Positions 18,487 to 25,751 of a DNA stretch of 32,000 nt are shown here, in pieces. The DNA comes from Dickeya dadantii NCPPB 898 (GTDB lineage: Bacteria; Pseudomonadota; Gammaproteobacteria; Enterobacterales; Enterobacteriaceae): the NCBI RefSeq assembly GCF_000406145.1, contig NZ_CM001976.1:2468967-2500966 (forward strand), read 5' to 3'. Every line of letters begins with the position of its first letter. The first letter of the stretch is position 1. A program made the position numbers and the translations under genes. Under the pieces are notes generated by a model, which did no database searches, had not been told where the DNA came from, and saw only the letters and a program-made list of their open reading frames with translations.

Positions 18487-18516
18487 TTGTGACGCCGCGC
18501 CGGTGCCGCGTACAAT
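18487..18516 (+). promoter_or_regulatory. Possible sigma-70 promoter of the SDR gene
   Basis: TTGTGA (18487-18492), an 18-nt spacer, then TACAAT (18511-18516), about 65 nt upstream of the ATG at 18583. This is a pattern match only. Confidence 0.35.
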
Positions 18517-18582
18517 TATTCTCTTCAGCTATTCGAGCGACATCATCCGACAGTAATCAGACCACTCAGGAGGTGACAGGTT

Positions 18583-19257
18583 ATGGGTTCAGGACAACGC
18601 GCATTGATTATCGGCGCTTCCCGCGGGCTGGGATTAGGCATCGCCACCGCCTTGCATCAGCAGGGTTGGGCCGTCACCGCCACCCGGCGCTCGCCTTCCG
18701 CCGCCACCGATAGCCTGCCGGTGCGCTGGCTGGCGCTGGATATCAATGACGCCGCGCAGCGTACCGCATTTTGCCAGACGCTGGCGTCGGACAGTTTTGA
18801 TCTGGTGCTGATTAATGCAGGCGTCTATGGCCCGGAGCGACAGGATCTGACGGCTGTCGACCCCGAGCAGCTCATTCCGCTGTTCCTGACCAACACGCTG
18901 GCGCCGATCGCGCTGGCATCGGCGCTGCTGCCGCATCTGGCGCCGCACGCCACGCTGGCGTTCATGACCTCTCGGCTGGGCAGCCTGACGGAAAATGCCG
19001 GTGCGGAGCTGCCGTTCTATGCCGCCAGCAAGGCGGCGCTGAACATGTTGACGCGCGGCCTGAGCGACGCGGTGTCCGGCCGTCAGATCACGCTGCTATC
19101 CTTACACCCCGGCTGGGTGCAGACCGACCTCGGCGGCGGCAGCGCACCGCTGACGGTGGAAACTAGCGTCAGCGGTCTGTTGCAACAGATAGCGCGTTAT
19201 CAGGGCAAAGGCGGTCACCATTTTGTCGATTATGCCGGCAACCTGCTGGCGTGGTGA
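18583..19257 (+). CDS. Short-chain dehydrogenase/reductase (SDR) family oxidoreductase
   Basis: 224-aa ORF with a perfect AGGAGG RBS. The N-terminal Rossmann motif 'ALIIGASRGLGLG', 'LINAGV' and the catalytic 'YAASKAAL' (YxxxK) are present. Confidence 0.85.
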   Translation: MGSGQRALIIGASRGLGLGIATALHQQGWAVTATRRSPSAATDSLPVRWLALDINDAAQRTAFCQTLASDSFDLVLINAGVYGPERQDLTAVDPEQLIPLFLTNTLAPIALASALLPHLAPHATLAFMTSRLGSLTENAGAELPFYAASKAALNMLTRGLSDAVSGRQITLLSLHPGWVQTDLGGGSAPLTVETSVSGLLQQIARYQGKGGHHFVDYAGNLLAW

Positions 19258-19295
19258 TGCCGCCCGTTTAAACGCAACGGATAACACGGCGTGAT

Positions 19296-21011
19296 TCAAC
19301 GCGGTTTGGGGATGTTGAACTGCGTCAGCGTCGGGTTGACGGTGTTGGCAAAGTCCGCCCGGCGGTGTTTGAGCTTGCTCTTCGCCTTGAAGAAATTGAC
19401 CAGTTCGGCAATCCCCATCCCAATACTGAGCGCGCCGCTGACCGCCCACCCCACCGGCCCGGCCGCCGCGCCCACCGCTGAAGCCGCCGCCGCGCCGGCG
19501 GCTTCACCCGCCACCGCGCCAACCACCTTGCCGGCTACCGCGGCACCCACTCGCCCCGCCAGGCCAATCGCGGTTTTGCTGCCGGCCGCCTTGCTCAGAT
19601 CGGTGACATGCAACGACGCTTTGGCGGCATCCATCAGGTGACGTTCCATCCGCCCGGCCAGTTGCGCACCGCCTGACGCACGGCGATCCGCCGCGGTTTG
19701 GCCGACGGTGTTCACCCCGTCAAGCCCGGTCGTGGGCGGCGTCAACCGGCCGCCATTCCCCTGACGCGCTAACAGCGCCAGCTGCGGGTCCGACATCTGT
19801 AGCCGTAACACGTCGGCCGGTACCGCCTGTTCAAAGTGCCGCACCACATCGGCGTCCTGCTGTAGCTGACCGATTCGTTCATTCAACACCCGTTCGGTTT
19901 CGTCGGTCTTGCGATACTGTCGACCTGCCGCCACCTGCTCCAGCGTCTGTTGTAATTTGACCAACGTGGCCGCTTTCTGCGCGCCGCTGTAACGATCGGG
20001 ATGGGTAAACACGTCATCATTCAGACGGCTGATATCGGTTTTGCCCGCCAGCCCCAGCGCGGCGGCATCGTGAAACAGCGCTGTCGCCTGCTCATCATTC
20101 GCCGGCGCCTGAACCGCTATCCAGCTTCTGATATCGCCCGCCGACAGCTTGCCGTCATGCGGCACCCGCGCCAGCTTTTCCCCCTTCACGTCCGCATGTT
20201 CCAGCAGGCCAAACAGCCCTGGATGCGACCAGAGTCGGGCCGCATTTTGCAACTCCGGCGACAGCAGCGGATTGCCGCTGGCCAGCGCGGCCAAATCGGT
20301 CTGGCGGGAAAGTGACGAGACGCTCTGCGGGTCGGCGTTTGCCGCCGAGCGGTTTGGGTCGGCCGCGCGCAGCAACGGCTCATTAGCCAGCAACAGCGCC
20401 GAGGTTTCCACCAGCCTTAACGAGCGTGCGTCCGCCTGCGGATGCGCCTGCCGATAATCATCAAGGCTACGTTGCGCGCTCTGGGCGCTGCGCGTCATGT
20501 TTTTTATGAACGCGCCGATATCCCGCCGGGAAATGTATCCATCGGCTTTACCGCCGTCTTTGCCCGTATCCAGCGCCGTCATCAGCGCCGGATTCGCCCG
20601 CAGGTAGATCATCGCCACGTCCGCTTCCGCGCCACCCGCTTTCAGCATGTTGGCGGCGGCAATCGGCCGGTTAAGCGCTTTAGCCGCCGCCTCCCGCTCC
20701 TGCGCCGGCAACGAACCCAGCAACGGCATCCATTTCTCCAGCGCCTTGGCGTCGCTGTAACTCGACCGATCCAGCATGGCGGTCGCCTGCTCCGCGGCCA
20801 GCGTGGTTGCCGGCGGCGCAGCGCGGGTTCGACCCGCCGCCGCAACAGGCGCGGCAGGCAATGCCGCCAATGACGGCGAAGGGCCGCCAAACTCCACCGC
20901 CTGCCCTTTGGGGGCAGGCAAAAGCGACGGGCGATGCTCAGGTGTGGTCAACGGCTGCGCAGCCGGTCCGGCGCCAGGCCAAAGGCCGATACGGTTATCA
21001 ATACGACTCAT
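19296..21011 (-). CDS. HrpL-regulated secreted protein with a C-terminal Gly/Ala zipper; tentatively an HrpK-like T3SS translocator (571 aa)
   Basis: A canonical hrp box lies inside the track ORF's first 35 codons, so the start must be the ATG at 21011 (MSRIDNRIG...), which has a GAGGGG RBS. There is no signal peptide. The C-terminal hydrophobic segment 'IGLAGRVGAAVAGKVVGAVAGEAAGAAAASAVGAAAGPVGWAVSGALSIGMGIAELV' is followed by a basic tail. The HrpK assignment rests on context and architecture, not on recognised sequence. Confidence 0.7.
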   Translation of the reverse strand: MSRIDNRIGLWPGAGPAAQPLTTPEHRPSLLPAPKGQAVEFGGPSPSLAALPAAPVAAAGRTRAAPPATTLAAEQATAMLDRSSYSDAKALEKWMPLLGSLPAQEREAAAKALNRPIAAANMLKAGGAEADVAMIYLRANPALMTALDTGKDGGKADGYISRRDIGAFIKNMTRSAQSAQRSLDDYRQAHPQADARSLRLVETSALLLANEPLLRAADPNRSAANADPQSVSSLSRQTDLAALASGNPLLSPELQNAARLWSHPGLFGLLEHADVKGEKLARVPHDGKLSAGDIRSWIAVQAPANDEQATALFHDAAALGLAGKTDISRLNDDVFTHPDRYSGAQKAATLVKLQQTLEQVAAGRQYRKTDETERVLNERIGQLQQDADVVRHFEQAVPADVLRLQMSDPQLALLARQGNGGRLTPPTTGLDGVNTVGQTAADRRASGGAQLAGRMERHLMDAAKASLHVTDLSKAAGSKTAIGLAGRVGAAVAGKVVGAVAGEAAGAAAASAVGAAAGPVGWAVSGALSIGMGIAELVNFFKAKSKLKHRRADFANTVNPTLTQFNIPKPR

Positions 21012-21055
21012 GGTGTCGATTCCCCTCAGAATGTGTTCAATAACGTCCCCTTCTC

Positions 21056-21083
21056 TGAGTGGATCACAAACCCGTTCGGTTCC
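21056..21083 (-). promoter_or_regulatory. HrpL-dependent hrp-box promoter of the HrpK-like gene
   Basis: The minus strand reads GGAACC-N15-CCACTCA. On the plus strand this is TGAGTGG at 21056-21062, a 15-nt spacer, and GGTTCC at 21078-21083. It is an exact consensus match 45 nt upstream of the ATG at 21011. Confidence 0.82.
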
Positions 21084-21193
21084 CTGAACGATCTGGCGCA
21101 ATAACGGTGATGACAAAAGTTTGCAAAGCGAGACAATAACGAATCACTTCAGTAACCTGACGCCCCTTTGTTGACACAATCCGACACATAAAC

Positions 21194-21373
21194 ATGAAAA
21201 AGAGAAAACGCCTGCGCACCGTGCTGCTCATTCTGCTTCTGCTGCTGATCTACGTTAATCGCGAGTCGCTCAATCCGTTTAAACCGGATTGCTCCGCGCA
21301 GGTGCCTAAATCTGAACTACCGGCGGCCTGCCGAAAACCGCTGAAGGAAGTGGCGCCCGGCTTCGAACTCTGA
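21194..21373 (+). CDS. Possible 59-aa membrane-anchored or secreted small protein
   Basis: This ORF is not in the track; I translated it by hand as MKKRKRLRTVLLILLLLLIYVNRESLNPFKPDCSAQVPKSELPAACRKPLKEVAPGFEL. It has a basic N-terminus, a Leu-rich hydrophobic helix and two Cys. A weak hairpin plus T5 (21375-21397) follows. There is no clear SD. Confidence 0.3.
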   Translation: MKKRKRLRTVLLILLLLLIYVNRESLNPFKPDCSAQVPKSELPAACRKPLKEVAPGFEL

Positions 21374-21776
21374 CCGCCCTGTCGGGCGCGTCTTTTTGGC
21401 TGGGATACGGAGCGCCCGCCGCAGGTTCCGTTATTAACGCTTTCGCCATTTATTATTTCCTGATAATAAATTTACGCTTTCCTTACCTTTCGCTTTATAT
21501 ATTTCAACCTGTGAACGGCATGCTATTCTTCTTTCTTGTTCCTTACGAAAATTACGTTCATTTTTTGTTTATCCGTTTAAATGACAAATAATTCACCGCC
21601 TTTTCATTTGATTGATTTTTGGGCTTTATTAGCCAGCTGCATCGCAGAATCCCTCCTGATAGTAAAATAATTTCAATTATTCTATATACCTATATGGCGT
21701 CGTGTCTTTTATCTCCGCGACGTTAACACGTAAGACAGCAGTTAATTTTCTGGCGAATATTACAAGGAGAAATACT

Positions 21777-22388
21777 ATGGTGATGTCCATTTCCTCCAAC
21801 TATTCGGGATTATATAATTCCGTCTGGCAGGTATCCGGCGTCAGTTCCGCGTCATCCTCCACATCCTCTGCCGCTACGGCGATCCCTTACCGTAAACCGG
21901 ACGACGATCAGGAAGGGGGATTATTTGCGGCGCTGACCAGCGCCTTGTCCTCCATCGGTATCACGCTGGGCACCAGCAGCACCGCGGAAACCAGCGCAAC
22001 CAGTTCCACCACGTCCTCGACATCCTCAACGGACAGCACGTCGGACACCTCGTCGTCCAGCGCGAAAGAAGCCGTGGCGACCTTCCTGCACACGCTGATG
22101 GATACGCTGCACAGCATCGGCGCGTCGTCCAACTCGTCGTCCTTGTCCGACAACCCGATGAAGAACGATCTGTCCTCGTTGATCAGCGCGCTCTCTTCCG
22201 ATTCGTCCTCCAGCAGCAGTTCGGTTTCCAGCAGCCAATTGAGCGAATTGCAGAGCGCATTCAGCTCGATGGTCAGCGCGTTGGGCGGCGACAGCAGCAG
22301 CGCGTCGCTGTCGTCTTTCCTGCAAAGCTTCTCGTCCTCGCTGGCGTCGTTCTCGTCACAGGGCAACCTGGTTAATACCGCCGCCTGA
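21777..22388 (+). CDS. Serine-rich, acidic, Cys-free hypothetical protein (203 aa), harpin-like in composition
   Basis: The ATG at 21777 follows an AAGGAGA RBS; the track start at 21702 is a GTG with no RBS. I count about 72 Ser in 203 residues. Short amphipathic blocks ('LFAALTSALSSIG', 'AVATFLHTLMDTLHSIG', 'LSSLISALS', 'LQSAFSSMVSALGG', 'LSSFLQSFSSSLASF') alternate with S/T runs. The gene has its own terminator. Confidence 0.7.
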   Translation: MVMSISSNYSGLYNSVWQVSGVSSASSSTSSAATAIPYRKPDDDQEGGLFAALTSALSSIGITLGTSSTAETSATSSTTSSTSSTDSTSDTSSSSAKEAVATFLHTLMDTLHSIGASSNSSSLSDNPMKNDLSSLISALSSDSSSSSSSVSSSQLSELQSAFSSMVSALGGDSSSASLSSFLQSFSSSLASFSSQGNLVNTAA

Positions 22389-22399
22389 TAACATTATTC

Positions 22400-22422
22400 C
22401 GCCCTGCCTGGCAGGGCGTTTT
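22400..22422 (+). terminator. Rho-independent terminator of the Ser-rich gene
   Basis: A 7-8-bp GC-rich stem pairs 'cgccctg(c)' with '(g)cagggcg' (22400-22418), followed by tttt. It lies 12 nt after the stop codon. Confidence 0.72.
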
Positions 22423-23030
22423 CATATCACAATCGATTGTCTGTGATCTGCCTCTACTTTCGTCATAATCAGACCATTACATTACCCAATGGAAAATTAT
22501 TAGAAAATATAACCATTCTATTATTCCACCCTCGCGGATATATCATTTAACACCAGCAACCACGCTTTAATCAGAACAAGCTATCCTTATTAATCATTCA
22601 ACATTTTTAACTATATCGTTCATTTTTTCTTCCTGTTCGTTTTTATTGAATCCGATACACTCGATTTTCAATTCCCTTACGGATAAAGGGGAAAAAACAA
22701 GCCTCAGATGGGAGATATCACGATGAAGGTCCATGCGCGTTCCAGATGGGTAACCGGCAAGCTAGTACAACGTGCCTTCCGCCGCCATGCGCCAACTCAT
22801 ATCGCCATGCCCTTCACCGTTTTCACCCGTCTCGCCTGCCACCTCTTTTCATTCGTTATTGGCTCTCCGCCGTAATCCCCCCTGATTCTGGCTCTGGCGA
22901 TCCCGCATCGCCGGGCCAGCCCGGCGCGTCATTCGTTGGTGATGCGCCGGTCACGCCGTGGTCGCCGTTCAATGTCTACTTACGCCACGTACGTCGGCCC
23001 GGATTTTTGTCCCAAGTAAAGGAAACGACT

Positions 23031-24152
23031 ATGCAATACACTGGGAAGTACCTGAAGAAAACCGCATTGATGCTGACCATGATGGCCGGCCTCAGCGCCG
23101 GGCAAAGTCAGGCGGCTGTCGCGCCGGACACCCGTTCGCTGGATGAAATCTATCAGAGCGCATTGAAGGAAGGCGGTACGGTCACCGTTTATGCCGGCGG
23201 CGATGTACAGTCGCAGCAAGCGGGCTTCAAACAGGCGTTTGAGAACCGGTTTCCCGGCATCAAACTGAACGTCATCGTCGATTACAGCAAATACCACGAC
23301 GCGCGTATCGACAACCAACTGGCGACCGACACCCTGATTCCGGATGTGGTGCAGTTGCAAACGGTGCAGGATTTCCCACGCTGGAAAAAGCAGGGCGTGC
23401 TGCTGAACTACAAACCGGTGGGCTGGGACAAGGTCTACCCGGAGTTCCGTGATGCGGACGGTGCCTGGATCGGCGCGTATGTCATCGCCTTCAGCAACCT
23501 GGTCAACACCCAGCTACTGAATGAAAAATCCTGGCCGCGAGAAGCAAACGACTATCTGCGCCCCGACCTGAAAGGCAACCTGATTCTGGCCTACCCTAAC
23601 GACGACGACGCGGTGCTGTTCTGGTACAAGCAGATCGTGGATAAATACGGCTGGGAATTTGTTGAAAAACTGCAGGAGCAGGACCCGGTCTACGTGCGCG
23701 GCACCAACGTACCCGGCGCTCAGATCACTACCGGCAAATACAGCGCCACCTTCACCAGCTCCGGCGCTCTGGTTCCGGCGGCAGGTTCAGTGACTCGCTT
23801 TGTGCTGCCGAAGACCGACCCGTTTGTCTCCTGGGCGCAACGCGCCGCCATCTTCAAACAGGCCAAACACCCGGAAAGCGCCAAACTGTACCTGAGCTGG
23901 CTGCTGGATCCGCAAACGCAAACCCAGGTATCACGCATGTGGTCGGTACGCACCGATGTGGCGCCACCCGCTGGCTACAAGCACATCTGGGAATACAGCA
24001 ACACCCGCCCGCAGGCGTTTGCTGACTTCATGTCCGACCGTGGCGCGGTCGAGCGCTTCCGCGCACAGATGAGCCTGTACGTAGGCGAAGCCAAAGGCGA
24101 CCCGACCCCAGGCTGGCTCGGCCTGCACCCAGAGGTGCCGCTGGCGAACTAA
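23031..24152 (+). CDS. Periplasmic solute-binding protein (ABC-transporter SBP family 1 type), orphan
   Basis: The start at 23031 (MQYTGKYLKKTALMLTMMAGLSAGQSQA|AVAP) has an AAGGAA RBS and a typical Sec signal peptide. The mature part looks like a PBP2/Fbp-type SBP ('TVTVYAGGD...FKQAFENRFPGIKLNV', 'DVVQLQ'). The 95 upstream in-frame codons in the track are unsupported. No permease or ATPase gene is adjacent. Confidence 0.82.
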   Translation: MQYTGKYLKKTALMLTMMAGLSAGQSQAAVAPDTRSLDEIYQSALKEGGTVTVYAGGDVQSQQAGFKQAFENRFPGIKLNVIVDYSKYHDARIDNQLATDTLIPDVVQLQTVQDFPRWKKQGVLLNYKPVGWDKVYPEFRDADGAWIGAYVIAFSNLVNTQLLNEKSWPREANDYLRPDLKGNLILAYPNDDDAVLFWYKQIVDKYGWEFVEKLQEQDPVYVRGTNVPGAQITTGKYSATFTSSGALVPAAGSVTRFVLPKTDPFVSWAQRAAIFKQAKHPESAKLYLSWLLDPQTQTQVSRMWSVRTDVAPPAGYKHIWEYSNTRPQAFADFMSDRGAVERFRAQMSLYVGEAKGDPTPGWLGLHPEVPLAN

Positions 24153-24167
24153 GTTGAACGTATTGAG

Positions 24168-24192
24168 GGGACCCGATGGGGTCCCTTTTTTT
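24168..24192 (+). terminator. Rho-independent terminator of the SBP gene
   Basis: A 7-bp stem pairs 'gggaccc' (24168-24174) with 'gggtccc' (24179-24185) around the loop 'gatg', followed by a T7 run. Confidence 0.82.
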
Positions 24193-24284
24193 AGGCTGGG
24201 GGACGGACTGTAGCGGCAGTTCATCCGTAAAGAGTGCGGGTTGCTGGGTTTTTGCATCGACCAACCGATGATGATCGCCGTTAA

Positions 24285-24488
24285 GTGAGGGAGTGGTTCA
24301 TCGAGGTCGGGTTTACCGACGGGATGCCGTTAAAAATACGAATCATGCCCGGCTGCATGGTCATCACCGCCCAGAACACCCGCGAGCTGTGGCACTGTCT
24401 GGAAGGACTCAGCATCGAACCCTTTGACCCGGACGCCGCCGCCAATTTGATCAGGCATTACCCCAGCGGCCTGACGTTCGCCGGGTAA
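24285..24488 (+). pseudogene. SymE/AbrB-like toxin gene remnant, copy A1 (5'-truncated)
   Basis: '[28 protein letters not shown]' parallels E. coli SymE '[29 protein letters not shown]' as I recall it. The frame is closed by TAA immediately upstream (24282-24284), leaving only a GTG. The 'LKG' strand present in the other copy is missing. Confidence 0.5.
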
Positions 24489-24490
24489 CC

Positions 24491-24598
24491 ACCCTCAAGG
24501 GCCGCTGGCTGGAAGACCTCGGTTTCAACACCGGCCAGTCCGTTACTGTCACCGTGGGGCGTGGGCGGCTGGTGATTGAGGCGGAGCTTAGGATCTAA
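24491..24598 (+). other. SymE/AbrB-like mini-ORF B1 (no start codon)
   Basis: It encodes TLKGRWLEDLGFNTGQSVTVTVGRGRLVIEAELRI*. The 'LKGxWLExxGF...V.V....G.LVI' pattern is that of the SymE/SpoVT-AbrB strand-turn-strand. The frame is open from 24428 but has no ATG or GTG. Confidence 0.45.
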
Positions 24599-24603
24599 CT
24601 GGT

Positions 24604-24637
24604 AAAAAAAGCGATCCCGGCGCGGGGGCCGGGATCG
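24604..24637 (-). terminator. Rho-independent terminator downstream of the orphan cdiI (bidirectional hairpin)
   Basis: A 10-bp stem pairs 'cgatcccggc' (24612-24621) with 'gccgggatcg' (24628-24637). An A7 run on the plus strand (24604-24610) gives a U7 tract on the minus strand. Confidence 0.75.
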
Positions 24638-24660
24638 TTTATAAGTGGCAAGATATGTTT

Positions 24661-24852
24661 TTACCCTAATAACCCAATATCATCAGGATAAACAGTCAAT
24701 ACATCCAATGTATCACCTTTATTATCAATGAATTCCACTTCATAACCTAACGTAGGCTCTTGATAAATCATGACAACAGCGCCTTTACATCCTTTTAGCA
24801 CTGTGTCCGACAAGTCTTTTTTAGCCTCAACAACATCATATTCTCTGATCAT
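24661..24852 (-). CDS. cdiI: Orphan CdiI immunity protein (63 aa)
   Basis: A small AT-rich ORF 20 nt downstream of the orphan CdiA-CT: 'MIREYDVVEAKKDLSDTVLKGCKGAVVMIYQEPTLGYEVEFIDNKGDTLDVLTV'. It resembles the small SH3-like DUF4926 family as I recall it; that recollection is unverified. Confidence 0.72.
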   Translation of the reverse strand: MIREYDVVEAKKDLSDTVLKGCKGAVVMIYQEPTLGYEVEFIDNKGDTLDVLTVYPDDIGLLG

Positions 24853-24872
24853 ACAATAATACCAACATATGA

Positions 24873-25751
24873 TTATTTTTTAGCCGGAATAGCGGTAACT
24901 AATCTGACAACACCATCATTGTTCTCTATCCAACCAAATTTAACGTTAATAGTTCTACCATTAGTACCAGTTATTGGTATTACTTGGTCATATTTAGTAC
25001 CGAATTGCGTATCCGATGTTTTAATCGCTGTTTTAGGATCAAAGACAATCTGTTTTGCAAGCTCACTCGAATTTTCCTTATTAAATCCAAGCGCACTATC
25101 GAACCATTCAGCTTTACTGCCTCCAACAGGGTGCTCTTTTTCCAATAGATAGGTAGCTAATTTTTTATCAACGCTTGCTTGTGTTTCAGGTGTATTTTTG
25201 GCTGTATTAGCACTTCCCTTGCCAGCATTAGCAGCCATTGATTCAGTTTTACCAACATCAGACGGTTTTTCTACCTGAGCTATATCTTCCCCAAACTGCT
25301 TCGCCAGTGCCCCTGATGCAACAACAGCACTAATGCCACCGGCTGTGTACACTGAACCGACATAAACCCCGGCCCGTGCTTTGGCTTCCTCTTCTGTATA
25401 CCCGAAGCGCATAAACGCCTGGGTATAGCCTTCCAGCACGTTAAAGACATCTTTTGCATTCGGGTCTGTGGAGTTCAGCAATGTCTGAATTTGCTGATAA
25501 CCAGCCTGTGCCTCTTTGGGGTTCTGGTACGACAGATTGATGTAAGTATCCAGCGCCTCTTTCGCTTTTGCCCTCTCTGTCTGGCAGTCACCTTCTCCGC
25601 CATGACAGGCCTGCATGACAGCCAGATCGGTTTCCAGATCCTTACGATTTAGCGCATCGCGATCCTGTTTTTCCTGCTCGGTCAGGTTCTCTTTGTGGTT
25701 GAGATACGTCTGGCGGCTCTTGTCCGTGCTGCTCAGATAGTTATTCTCCAC
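24873..25751 (-). CDS. Orphan CdiA-CT toxin cassette (VENN-delimited, no translation start of its own)
   Basis: Codons 25751-25740 read V-E-N-N (the track's 'M' is this GTG). The frame opens only 18 codons upstream, after TGA at 25806-25808, with no ATG or RBS. The N-terminal part resembles CdiA-CT entry domains (Cys pair 'ACHGGEGDC'). The AT-rich C-terminal roughly 100 aa is 'KLATYLLEKEHPVGGSKAEWFDSALGF...RLVTAIPAKK'. Confidence 0.82.
   Translation of the reverse strand: MENNYLSSTDKSRQTYLNHKENLTEQEKQDRDALNRKDLETDLAVMQACHGGEGDCQTERAKAKEALDTYINLSYQNPKEAQAGYQQIQTLLNSTDPNAKDVFNVLEGYTQAFMRFGYTEEEAKARAGVYVGSVYTAGGISAVVASGALAKQFGEDIAQVEKPSDVGKTESMAANAGKGSANTAKNTPETQASVDKKLATYLLEKEHPVGGSKAEWFDSALGFNKENSSELAKQIVFDPKTAIKTSDTQFGTKYDQVIPITGTNGRTINVKFGWIENNDGVVRLVTAIPAKK

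Larger units (their letters stand above)
24312..24637. repeat. Direct repeat copy 1, following the orphan cdiI
   Basis: 24312-24490 aligns with 27437-27615; I count about 6 mismatches in about 179 nt. 24491-24637 aligns with 27777-27923 with roughly 17-20 mismatches. Copy 1 lacks the 160-bp segment 27616-27775. Confidence 0.9.

Noticed and set aside
18562-18568. CCACTCA heptamer just upstream of the SDR start, considered as a possible hrp box
   Set aside because: There is no GGAACC half-site 15-16 nt upstream, and the motif is only about 15 nt from the ATG, overlapping the SD region.
21012-21116. 35-codon N-terminal extension of the HrpK-like ORF
   Set aside because: It contains the complete hrp box (21056-21083). 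The only downstream in-frame ATG with an RBS is at 21011.
21401-21429. GGAACC on the minus strand (plus-strand GGTTCC at 21424-21429), considered as another hrp box
   Set aside because: The -10-position heptamer reads TATCCCA rather than CCACNNA, and it would fire into the 3' end of an opposite-strand small ORF.
22877-22905. 'cccctgattctggctctggcga', which superficially resembles the CCTGATCTGG...GCG core of a TPP riboswitch
   Set aside because: The CUGAGA element, the pairing partners and the GGGA closing segment are absent. The similarity is a short chance match.
22723-23030. A 50-codon ORF (22723-22875) and the 95-codon in-frame extension of the binding-protein gene (22746-23030)
   Set aside because: No recognisable domains are present. 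The extension would place a long tail before an otherwise typical N-terminal Sec signal peptide, and the ATG at 23031 has its own RBS.
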